Assembly: GCA_035933635.1 (NCBI GenBank)
Contig: DASYYY010000021.1
Span: forward strand, 86,918-150,917
DNA length: 64,000 bases
Direction: 5' to 3'
DNA from: Thermoplasmata archaeon
Lineage (GTDB): Archaea; Thermoplasmatota; Thermoplasmata; Lutacidiplasmatales; UBA184
Shown: positions 50,501 to 59,810 of the stretch, piece by piece
Numbering within the stretch: the first letter of the stretch is position 1
Layout of the letters: each line of letters opens with the position of its first letter
Position numbers and translations under genes: made by a program
Notes under the pieces: generated by a model
Told to the model about the DNA's origin: nothing
What the model saw: the letters and a program-made list of their open reading frames with translations, nothing else
Database searches by the model: none

Positions 50501-50893
50501 CACCGCGTAGGTGCCCGGCGTCGCGTACGGATGGCGGACCTCGGGGCTGTGGCTGACGGCAAATCCTCCGTCGCCGAACCACCAGAGGTAGGAGACGCCC
50601 ACCGCCCCGGCGGGCAGTACGGCGAAGAACCGGGGCCACTGGCCATAGAGCGAGGTCAGATTGGGTGACTCCACCACAAGGTCGTGGAGGTGGGTGCTCC
50701 CCGACACGATCCCGCAGGGGTTCGCGCTCCCGGTCACCGCGCTTGTGGCGCTCGGTCCGGTAAAGCCGGGTGCGCTCGCAGCGGTCGACAGACCGGAGCT
50801 GGCGCCCAACAGGCTGACCAGGACGATCCCGATCCCCGCGCTGGTGGCTCGGAACCGACGCGAAGGGCGGATACGGTGACGTTCGAGCGTCAT
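47561..50893 (-). CDS. Large secreted/extracellular glycoprotein (1110 aa) with C-terminal PKD-like domain, S-layer/surface-protein-like
   Basis: Signal peptide or anchor IGIVLVSLLGASSGLSTAASA. About 27 N-x-S/T sequons. C-terminal YQYTWSGLPGGC...LSVTVVDATGHNAT is PKD-like. TATA-like ttatacttcataaa lies upstream. Confidence 0.65.
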   Translation of the reverse strand: MTLERHRIRPSRRFRATSAGIGIVLVSLLGASSGLSTAASAPGFTGPSATSAVTGSANPCGIVSGSTHLHDLVVESPNLTSLYGQWPRFFAVLPAGAVGVSYLWWFGDGGFAVSHSPEVRHPYATPGTYAVCATALDATGHIHDSRAHLLEYVVLPSTVGDPAGVRALLTGSIASNSSTGTLATPYVAPGGSVTVRVTDVLPPSNDLTREFVPRFSESQNAVGFGTLSAPLLQPNGTSSVRIGFGATTPPGFYELNYTLPTKTLVGVNWSLAWSNYTFTIVVGSGLGGLLPPRSASGHHGTLRVVEYAPGGAASFDPAIDYEPAGAEAMANVYQTLILANGSATGRGPVSFEPDLATCVPGSGRCISLYGNSLARGDNLTFVINNRSAFYDPATGASWGVWPTDVLFSLIRTMALANSPCWECNGGWMVSQGLLPAGSYSWDGAAHLPVNNTPRWMYGSITLNASGLCPKAAMAAGQRGCVTLQFPHTSLSPGFRTALEVLASPVGASIVSCGWFSAAAQGLGIPYWTLGNVSGAGDAPCAAPGSSGYGVAVSTVPATGFDSWELNGSIYPSHGRALQAMVGSGPYYLARETWGVGYVLRTNPSWSTVAVCTAPGCLPAKGAFVPQVNVTWATTPGAVQAAIVTGSSDLATLPPNGTTMLVSDVTQGLVGIDEFPSLTTYFDPLNLWSNATRAAGLAGQNLTAPSTLLDDVNLRQFLVHAFPYDSAMTYAFGVAGLSSRFLDGGAIPQFLGPSTPQGIAWPSGNPDTNPADVGGAAWWWNQTAHDPMVGPVCTPLSPCSFLVTYPTNATAAGQSDKMWVASIESLSNRSLLPVLRNESAARLTADTLYSGPGGLGPFVTTGLSAAVDYADPSDSVDPLYLPDTFYTASSALAERLQLFNATNCSTSLGYWANSTSPIPNSCQGAAYASMVVGIHQADTIPPGPRRGVLYGQIETVANDLALYLYAGQRAELVATAPWISIASVDPSPLTGIAHGMQFSFVRYLTGPGAPLSVRGPFVWSTPATLGAPLNLTALAVGGAGGYQYTWSGLPGGCAALPVAVLTCVPNQTGLFRLSVTVVDATGHNATAPLALVVADHRRRVPRPTRGRPRAA

Positions 50894-50940
50894 GGCACCG
50901 ACGCCTCGGGCGTTCCGCAGGCGATGGGCGCGGGCAGGGC

Positions 50941-50957
50941 GTTATACTTCATAAACC
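50941..50957 (-). promoter_or_regulatory. TATA-box-like AT-rich element upstream of the 1110-aa surface protein gene
   Basis: gttatacttcataaacc reads on the minus strand as GGTTTATGAAGTATAAC. It lies about 50–64 nt upstream of the ATG at 50893 in an otherwise ~68 % GC context. Confidence 0.3.
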
Positions 50958-51198
50958 CCCACCGCGGCGCTCGCGACCACGTCTTCGGACCGCACATCCC
51001 CCCCGCGGCCGCCGCCCGAGGTACGTCTCCCCCTCCGATCGGATCCGGAGGAGTACTCCCGAGTAAGACAATGGCCCGTGGCACGCGGGGGGACGTCTGG
51101 GGAGTTAGGGCCGAGCATCGGAAGGTAGGGTGGGAGCTCTCGGGCTCGAGCGTTCGCGCGGGCTGCCGCGCCATCGCCGTGGGCTCAGAGTCGGAGAA

Positions 51199-53496
51199 TC
51201 AGCGAAGGGGAGGGGCCATCGACGAAGCACAGTGGAACAGCGCGGGAGCCGGTGGGGAGTAGGCGCTGGGCCCAAGCAACGAATGGAATGAGATCCGCGG
51301 AGGGGCGGTCTTGGTCACGGACGCGAGTCCGAGGCTCGAGGGGCTCTGATGGGCCTGGAACCCGCCGAGAAGCCCACCGGAGGTCCCCACGGGGGATCCG
51401 ATGAACGCGAGGTCCGCGGCCGAGCCGCTCGACGCATGACCGCCGCCGGACCCCGGCCCGAACCGGAAGTGGACGACGGCGACGCCGTATCCGGCAAAGT
51501 GCACCGTCATCGGTCCGATCGGAGAGAACGATACGTTCGAGACGCCCGAGCGAGCCAGGGTGGTCCAGTTCTGGGTACTGTTGAAGTTCATCGAGTAGGT
51601 CGTGGCATCGAGCAGGGTGTAGTTCGACGCGGTCGCCGTTTGCCCGTCGACCGAGAGGATCACCGTGGTGGGGAGGGCATTGCGGTTCGCCAACACCAGG
51701 TTGAAGCCACCCGAGGTCGGGGCGGCGAAGGCACGGACCATGCCGGGATCGGAGGAGGAGACCGAGAGACCGGGTGCGCCGGCGGCGACGCCGTTGCCCC
51801 AGAGCTCGGTCGCCCAGTACGGGGCGTAGTAGACATCGGAGGTGCGGCTCAGCTCCTCGGCGAGCGAGTAGCCCCAGCCTCCGTAGGGGTAGGTGATCGG
51901 GCCGGGCGTCGAGTACGGCCCCTCGAGGGCGAACAGGGTGACCGCGCTCAGGTCCGTGGCCGCCGCGTCGACGAAGTCCGAGACGACCCAGGCGGCGGAG
52001 AACAGGGTCTGCTGGCGGGGGTCGGTGCCGTAGGTGTCGTAGGAGTTGAGGTTCGATTCGGTGTTCAGGATCGGAAGCCACTGATGGGTGAGGTTGTACC
52101 AATCCCACTGCTCGGTGAGGGGAGGGAGGAACACCGCGCCGTGGGCGAAGTCAGCGCTCCGGGCGAGGATAGAGCTGTCCGTGTAGTAGGAGTTCACATC
52201 GTCGGGGGGGCAGAACGTCGTGTTGTCCGGGCACCCTCCGTTCGCGGGGTAGAAGTGGAACTGGAGGAAGCCGACGCCGGTCGCGTTCTGGGCGAAGAAC
52301 GGCAGGACGGAGGGCCGAGCCATCACGTCCGACCCGACGAGCGCGCCGGGCGAGGCGTTGTGGATGATGGCCGCCGCCGCGTTGAAAAGTGGAACATAGG
52401 CCTGCGCCTGTGATAGGTTGGCCCACACGGGCACCTCGTTGCCGATGTTCCAGTACGAGACGTTGGGCAAACCCGCCGCCACCGCGCCGTTGACGAAGGT
52501 CCGGACGAACACGCGGAAGGCCGAGAGGTTGGGCAGGTAGCCCAACCCCCCGCTCTTGGAGGTGAGCTCCAAGGTGGTGTTGAGCGGCATGCCGATCGGG
52601 AGCACGTTGCCGTCTCCCCACGTGCCCACCGGTAGGTCGATCATGTTGACCGCTCCGACCGAAGTGCTGAGGTTGAACAACGGCCCGAGCCCCGCGAAAT
52701 TGAACGAGGGAAGACCGGTGGTATTGTTCCAGCTGGCCGGGGCGACGGCGACCTCGCTCCATCGCAGGATCCCCGGGGTGAGGTTGCGCACCATCTGGAC
52801 GAAGTTCGGATCGTTGCGCGGGACCTGGGCAGAGATCGCGGGATTCGCCAGGACGAGCCCCACTGTGGGTGCGCGGGCCCCGGAGGGCTGAAGATCATCG
52901 ACGGCGACCCCGACCGATAGGTGCTCGGTGCCCACGATCTCGTACGAGCAGTTCGTCCACGAGGCGAGCCGGCTCAGCGTGAGCGTCGCCGGATCGTAGC
53001 TCCAGTTCCAGCTGTCATCGACCCCGTTGTACCAGACCGTCCACGTCCAGTTTTCCATCGGTGGGAGTACGTCGGCCCCCCCGGCGATCTGGCCCGGGAT
53101 CGACCATTGGAGGAGCGGAGAGGTGGACACATTGACCGCCAGCGTGCGGAACGGCAGCGGCGTGCTGAGATTGAGCCAATACGCACGCTGGGAGGTCGGA
53201 ACCCCGCCCGGTGCGGGAAGGAGAGGCGTGACGGTATCGGAGAGCAGACTCTTGATGCCCGCCACGATCACGGAGATCTCCTGACCGTCGGTGACCGAGG
53301 CGATCGAGAGGAACGCCCCCAAGGCAGGATGCGTCGCGGCGCGGGGGTGGTTCATCGCCCCACCCGCCGGTGCGATCGCGCTGGAGAGCAGCACGGCCGC
53401 TGCGACGGTGACGACCCCCAACGACCCCCAAAGCAGGGTACGGGAGGCAGGTCCTCCCATCCGGGGCGAGTCGGGAAGTTTGGCCCGAACAACCAT
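51199..53496 (-). CDS. Secreted clan GH-A-like glycoside hydrolase family protein (YWNIGNEVPVW motif), heavily sequon-decorated, 765 aa
   Basis: N-terminal signal/anchor LLWGSLGVVTVAAAVLLSSAIAPAGGA. Paralog of 21601..23070 with the shared IGNE acid/base motif. 21 N-x-S/T sequons. TATA-like gtgtatatgt lies upstream. Confidence 0.6.
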   Translation of the reverse strand: MVVRAKLPDSPRMGGPASRTLLWGSLGVVTVAAAVLLSSAIAPAGGAMNHPRAATHPALGAFLSIASVTDGQEISVIVAGIKSLLSDTVTPLLPAPGGVPTSQRAYWLNLSTPLPFRTLAVNVSTSPLLQWSIPGQIAGGADVLPPMENWTWTVWYNGVDDSWNWSYDPATLTLSRLASWTNCSYEIVGTEHLSVGVAVDDLQPSGARAPTVGLVLANPAISAQVPRNDPNFVQMVRNLTPGILRWSEVAVAPASWNNTTGLPSFNFAGLGPLFNLSTSVGAVNMIDLPVGTWGDGNVLPIGMPLNTTLELTSKSGGLGYLPNLSAFRVFVRTFVNGAVAAGLPNVSYWNIGNEVPVWANLSQAQAYVPLFNAAAAIIHNASPGALVGSDVMARPSVLPFFAQNATGVGFLQFHFYPANGGCPDNTTFCPPDDVNSYYTDSSILARSADFAHGAVFLPPLTEQWDWYNLTHQWLPILNTESNLNSYDTYGTDPRQQTLFSAAWVVSDFVDAAATDLSAVTLFALEGPYSTPGPITYPYGGWGYSLAEELSRTSDVYYAPYWATELWGNGVAAGAPGLSVSSSDPGMVRAFAAPTSGGFNLVLANRNALPTTVILSVDGQTATASNYTLLDATTYSMNFNSTQNWTTLARSGVSNVSFSPIGPMTVHFAGYGVAVVHFRFGPGSGGGHASSGSAADLAFIGSPVGTSGGLLGGFQAHQSPSSLGLASVTKTAPPRISFHSLLGPSAYSPPAPALFHCASSMAPPLR

Positions 53497-53530
53497 CAGA
53501 AAAGCCTGGCGGGTAGTCGGTTACCAAGTT

Positions 53531-53540
53531 GTGTATATGT
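53531..53540 (-). promoter_or_regulatory. TATA-box-like element upstream of the 765-aa extracellular protein gene
   Basis: gtgtatatgt (minus strand ACATATACAC) lies 35–44 nt upstream of the ATG at 53496. Confidence 0.3.
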
Positions 53541-53797
53541 AGGTATTGTCGGCCCCAATGAATCGTCGAGTTCGCCGAGCTCGTGCCCGTCAGTTCCACC
53601 CCGGCATCTGGTGCCACGCCGCAGGCGCCGGGGACACTCCCTTGCGTCGAAGATAAGCGCGGATTCCGGGCCGCCGGGGGCCCAGCGGGATAGGGGCTGG
53701 GTCGCCCCCCCCAGCCGACCCCTTCCCGCACCGGTCGATTCGCTGCGCCGCCGGACCGCCTGGATCGACGCCCTCACGGCCGACGCTTTCTGCCTCC

Positions 53798-54568
53798 GTG
53801 GGTGGCCCGAGCAGAGGCGATCGCTTGGCCACGGAACCCACGGGGGGAGGTTCAGCGTCGGCGGCGCCGGAGGTCCACGAGCCGCATCCGCGGCCGACGC
53901 TGCTGTCGGATTTCATCCTCGGAAGTCAGGACGGTATCGTCAACGTCCTGGGGATCATCCTCGGGCTGGCGGCCGCCCAGACCCCGGCGGGCACCATCAT
54001 CGTCGCCACGCTCGCCGCGCTCGCGGCGGAGTCGATCGCCATGGGGGCGGTGGCGTACACGTCCACCCGGTCGCGCCGGCGCCTGTACCTCTCCGAAGAG
54101 CAACGGGAGCTCAAGGAGATGCGGGAGATCCCTGAGGCCGAGCGGGCCGAGGTGCGCGAGGTGCTCGCGGGATGGGGCTACCGAGGGAGCGACCTCGAGG
54201 AGCTGCTGAACCGGATCTGCGGCAACCCGCGGGCGATGCTCGAGTTCATGATGGCGTTCGAGCTCAAGCTCTCACCCGTCGAGGAGTCCGCCCCCCGGAC
54301 GAGCGCCTATATCGTCGGGGCCGCCACCGTCGTCGGGCACTTCATTCCGCTCCTACCGTTCGTCATCGACCGTTCGAGCGTCGTCACCGATGCGATCATC
54401 GCCATCGTGCTGAGCGGCGTGACCCTCTTCGCCATCGGCTGGTACGAGGCGAAGGTCACCGACGGCACCTGGTGGCGCAACGGGATCCAGATGCTCGTCA
54501 TCGGCCTCGCCGGTGGGCTCGCCGGCTACCTCATCGGCCACCTCATCGGTGCGACACCGGGCCTGTAG
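53798..54568 (+). CDS. VIT1/CCC1-family iron/manganese transporter
   Basis: LLSDFILGSQDGIVNVLGIILGLAAA (VIT1 N-terminal motif) plus C-terminal TM helices, with a central cytoplasmic helical domain. Confidence 0.75.
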   Translation: MGGPSRGDRLATEPTGGGSASAAPEVHEPHPRPTLLSDFILGSQDGIVNVLGIILGLAAAQTPAGTIIVATLAALAAESIAMGAVAYTSTRSRRRLYLSEEQRELKEMREIPEAERAEVREVLAGWGYRGSDLEELLNRICGNPRAMLEFMMAFELKLSPVEESAPRTSAYIVGAATVVGHFIPLLPFVIDRSSVVTDAIIAIVLSGVTLFAIGWYEAKVTDGTWWRNGIQMLVIGLAGGLAGYLIGHLIGATPGL

Positions 54569-54613
54569 ACGCATCGGGAGTCGATCCGAGGTCCCCGAAG
54601 GCGGAACGGGTGG

Positions 54614-55423
54614 ATGTCGGAGTACCGCATCGGGTGCTCGTCCTGGACCTCCCCGGCCTGGAGCGGCCGCTTCTATCCCCCGGGTCTCGCCGACGGCGAT
54701 CGCCTCGCGTTCTACGCGAGGTACTTCGACGCCGTCGAGGTCGATTCGAGCTACTACGGCGCCCCCAACCCCTACGTCGTGCGAGGGTGGGCGCGCAAGA
54801 CCCCCGAATCGTTCCGGTTCACGCTGAAGATGACGCGCGATCTGCTCGACCCGAAGTCCGAGCCCAAGCCCGAGCAGCTCCAGCGGTTCGTGGACTCCGC
54901 CCAACGGCTCGGCCCGAAGCTGGGAGCCATCCTCCTGCAGTTCCCGCCGTGGTTCCGTCCGGGTCGGAGTTGGGAGGCTGGGACGGGGGCGATGCTGGAA
55001 CGGCTGGTGCGCAACCTCCCCTCCGGCCCCCGATACTCCGTCGAGCTACGGGACGCGGGCTGGTACTCCGAGTCGATGCGGCCGCAACTGGTGCGCCTGC
55101 TCGGCGACCGACAGATCGCCTCGTGCTGGTCGAGCCTGACCTACGTCGACATCCCGCCGCTCCGGACGGCTCCATGGGCCTACTTGCGGTTCATCGGCGA
55201 CCACGAGACGGTCCCGGCGGAGGTCCACGGCGAGATCCGGGTCGACCGGACGAAGGAGACGCGGCAATGGGCCGAGCACCTGCGGGCGAGCGAGATGGAG
55301 AGCGCCTTCGCCTTCTTCAACAACCACTTCGCGGGCTACGCCCCTAGCTCGGCGAATCTCTTCCGCGCGGAGCTCGGGCTGCCGGAGGTCCGGCTCCCGG
55401 TGTCGAGCCGGTTGCCGGAATAG
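54614..55423 (+). CDS. DUF72 (UPF0759) family protein
   Basis: YRIGCSSWTSPAWSGRFYP and AILLQFPPWF are DUF72 hallmarks. Confidence 0.75.
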   Translation: MSEYRIGCSSWTSPAWSGRFYPPGLADGDRLAFYARYFDAVEVDSSYYGAPNPYVVRGWARKTPESFRFTLKMTRDLLDPKSEPKPEQLQRFVDSAQRLGPKLGAILLQFPPWFRPGRSWEAGTGAMLERLVRNLPSGPRYSVELRDAGWYSESMRPQLVRLLGDRQIASCWSSLTYVDIPPLRTAPWAYLRFIGDHETVPAEVHGEIRVDRTKETRQWAEHLRASEMESAFAFFNNHFAGYAPSSANLFRAELGLPEVRLPVSSRLPE

Positions 55424-55433
55424 AGGCCGCGCC

Positions 55434-56378
55434 CTAGGGCACGACGACCGTCTTGCCCCGCGCCGCCCCGGTGCGGCTTCGGGCGAGCGCGGCCGGCGCT
55501 TCCTTCAGCGGGATCATCGACTCGATCGGGGCCCTCAGTCGGCCCGTGACGACCTCCTCGGCCAATCGCTCGAGCATGCGACGCTCGGGCTGCATGTCGA
55601 TGTTGATCCGACGGACCCCCGAGTGGCGCTCCGAGGTAGTGCCCGCCGAGCCGATCGTGCTCGCCGCCGCGCCTTCGGAGCGCACGGCCGTCATCAGTTC
55701 CTGGAAGGTCACCGGGTCGCTGGCCATGTCCAGCAGACCGTCCAGGCCCGAGGGATGGGCCGCCCGGACGAGCGCCCCCACCGATCCGGCCTTGATGTCG
55801 ATCGTCTCCTGCGCTCCGAGGGAGCGGACGTAGTCGAACTGATCGCGGCGGGTCGCGGCGAACACCACTGCCCCCCGGGCGATCGCGAGCTGCACGGCGA
55901 AGCTCCCGACCCCGCCGGCAGCGCCGACGACCATGATCGTGTTGCCCGGAGCGATCCGGAGTTGATCGAGCGCGGTGAGCGCGGTCATGCCGGCCGTCGG
56001 CAGCGCAGCCGCCGTCGCCGGCTCGAGACCCGGGGGTATCCGTGCGATCGCCCCATCGGCTTCGGCCGGCGCCCACTGGGCGAACGTTCCGCGGCCGTAC
56101 GGCGGATGGAGAAAGGAGCCGAAGACCGCATCCCCCTCGACGAACTCGTGGACCTGTGCACCCACCCCGTCGACGACACCGGCGCCGTCGACGCCCACGA
56201 TGAATGGGAACAGGTGGGGCCCGCGACCGTCGAGGCCCCCATCGATGATCTTCCAATCGAAGGGGTTGAGTCCGGCGGCGCCGATCCGCACCACGACTTC
56301 CTTGGGTCCTGGTTCGGGTCGAGGCAGCTCCATGACCTCGGGGGTGGAACGGAGTGCTCGGACCGCGACCGCCTGCAT
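55434..56378 (-). CDS. Zinc-binding alcohol dehydrogenase/quinone oxidoreductase (MDR superfamily)
   Basis: Start MQAVAVRALRSTPEVMELP (ATG at 56378). Contains VVGAAGGVGSFAVQLA (NAD(P) Rossmann motif). ORF-track N-terminal extension rejected as Arg-rich. Confidence 0.75.
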   Translation of the reverse strand: MQAVAVRALRSTPEVMELPRPEPGPKEVVVRIGAAGLNPFDWKIIDGGLDGRGPHLFPFIVGVDGAGVVDGVGAQVHEFVEGDAVFGSFLHPPYGRGTFAQWAPAEADGAIARIPPGLEPATAAALPTAGMTALTALDQLRIAPGNTIMVVGAAGGVGSFAVQLAIARGAVVFAATRRDQFDYVRSLGAQETIDIKAGSVGALVRAAHPSGLDGLLDMASDPVTFQELMTAVRSEGAAASTIGSAGTTSERHSGVRRINIDMQPERRMLERLAEEVVTGRLRAPIESMIPLKEAPAALARSRTGAARGKTVVVP

Positions 56379-56491
56379 GCCGCGACGACTTCCCCCTGCC
56401 ACGTAAGTGTGGTGGTCGGCTCGATTGCGAAGGAAAGGTCCTGTCGGACGTCTGGGACGGGCGGGCGGCGGACCGCGGGACGAACAGGCGC

Positions 56492-57739
56492 CTACGCCCG
56501 GCCCACGGCGGGGGTTCGACCGCGGCCCGGCGATGCCTCCTCGGCCGGGAAGCGGATCGTCGGCTCGATGGCGTGGGCGGCTCGGGCCGCCGCCGCTCGC
56601 GCGGCGTCGACCGATCCGGCGGCCACGAGCGCGACCCCCAGGCGACGGTCCGGGTAGGCCTCGGGCTTGCCGAACAGATGAACCCGAACCCCGGGGGCGG
56701 CCAGCGCGGTGGCGAAGCCGCCGAATTCCGGCGCCCACCCCGTCCCCGGGGAAAGTATCACATGCGCCGCCGACGGGCGCGCGGTCTCGGGACCGACGTA
56801 GGGGAGACCTAGGACCGCCCGGGCGTGGAGGGCGAATTCACTGTTCGACTGGCTGACGAGCGTGACCAGGCCGGTGTCGTGGGGTCGGGGGGAGACCTCG
56901 CTGAAGAACACCGAGCCGCCGGCGACGAAGCACTCGACGCCGAAGATGCCGACCCCCCCCAGCTCGCCCGTGACCGCCTGTGCGACCCGGGCGAGGGCGG
57001 CTCGCACGTGCGGAGGGAGCCCAGCCGGCTGCCAACTTTCATGATAGAGCGTCCCGGGCCGTTCGTGCCCGATCGGGTCCAGCACAGAGGTCGTCACGTC
57101 TCCGCCCTCACCGTAGTGGCGGAGCGTGAGCATCGTCACCTCGGCGTCGAAGGCGATGAACTCCTCGATCATCACCCTCGGATTCGCCACCCGGCCGTGC
57201 TGGCTCGCCGCGGCGTACGCCGCGGCCACTGCCTGGGGCTCACGAACCACGGTCATTCCGTGCCCCGAGCTCGACATGATGGCCTTGAACACGCACGGGA
57301 ATCCGATCGCCCGCGCCTGTCGCTCGGCCTCGGGAAGGGAATCTGCGAACTCGAACCGGCTGGTGGGGACCTTCGCGCGCTCCGCGGCGAGGCGTCGGAT
57401 CCGTTCCCGGTTCATGGTGACGCGGGTGGCCTCGGCGCCGGGGACGACCGTCCAGCCGTCCGCTTCGAGGCGCACGAGCTCATCGGTGGCGATCTGCTCG
57501 ATCTCGGGGACGATGACGTCCGGCGACTCGCGCCGGACGATCGCCCGGAGCGCGGCGGGATCGGTCATCGGCACGACATGGTGACGGTGCGCCACCTGCA
57601 TCGCGGGGGCCATCGGATAGCGGTCCACGGCGATGACCTCGGCTCCGAGCCGGATCGCCTCGATGGCCACCTCGCGTCCGATCTCGCCGCTGCCGAGGAG
57701 GAGCAGCCGTGGAGCGTCGCCCACCAGCGGCGTTCCCAT
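56492..57739 (-). CDS. purT: Formate-dependent phosphoribosylglycinamide formyltransferase (PurT, ATP-grasp)
   Basis: MGTPLVGDAPRLLLLGSGEIGREVAIEAIRLG N-terminus, ATP-grasp core and C-terminus typical of PurT. Start taken at ATG 57739. Confidence 0.75.
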   Translation of the reverse strand: MGTPLVGDAPRLLLLGSGEIGREVAIEAIRLGAEVIAVDRYPMAPAMQVAHRHHVVPMTDPAALRAIVRRESPDVIVPEIEQIATDELVRLEADGWTVVPGAEATRVTMNRERIRRLAAERAKVPTSRFEFADSLPEAERQARAIGFPCVFKAIMSSSGHGMTVVREPQAVAAAYAAASQHGRVANPRVMIEEFIAFDAEVTMLTLRHYGEGGDVTTSVLDPIGHERPGTLYHESWQPAGLPPHVRAALARVAQAVTGELGGVGIFGVECFVAGGSVFFSEVSPRPHDTGLVTLVSQSNSEFALHARAVLGLPYVGPETARPSAAHVILSPGTGWAPEFGGFATALAAPGVRVHLFGKPEAYPDRRLGVALVAAGSVDAARAAAARAAHAIEPTIRFPAEEASPGRGRTPAVGRA

Positions 57740-57800
57740 CCGATCCCGGAGGGGGACGCGCGCGGCTTCGGGGCCGGAAGCCCCGGCCGAGAACGGACGC

Positions 57801-59792
<1,992 letters not shown>

Positions 59793-59810
59793 GGTCGCCC
59801 CGTGAAGCTC

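Noticed and set aside
56379-56738. 120-aa N-terminal extension of the MDR oxidoreductase ORF, and similar extensions of the purT (57740..57862) and pepN (62274..62591) ORFs
   Set aside because: The extensions are Arg/Gly/Pro-rich and precede conserved N-termini that begin at internal ATGs.
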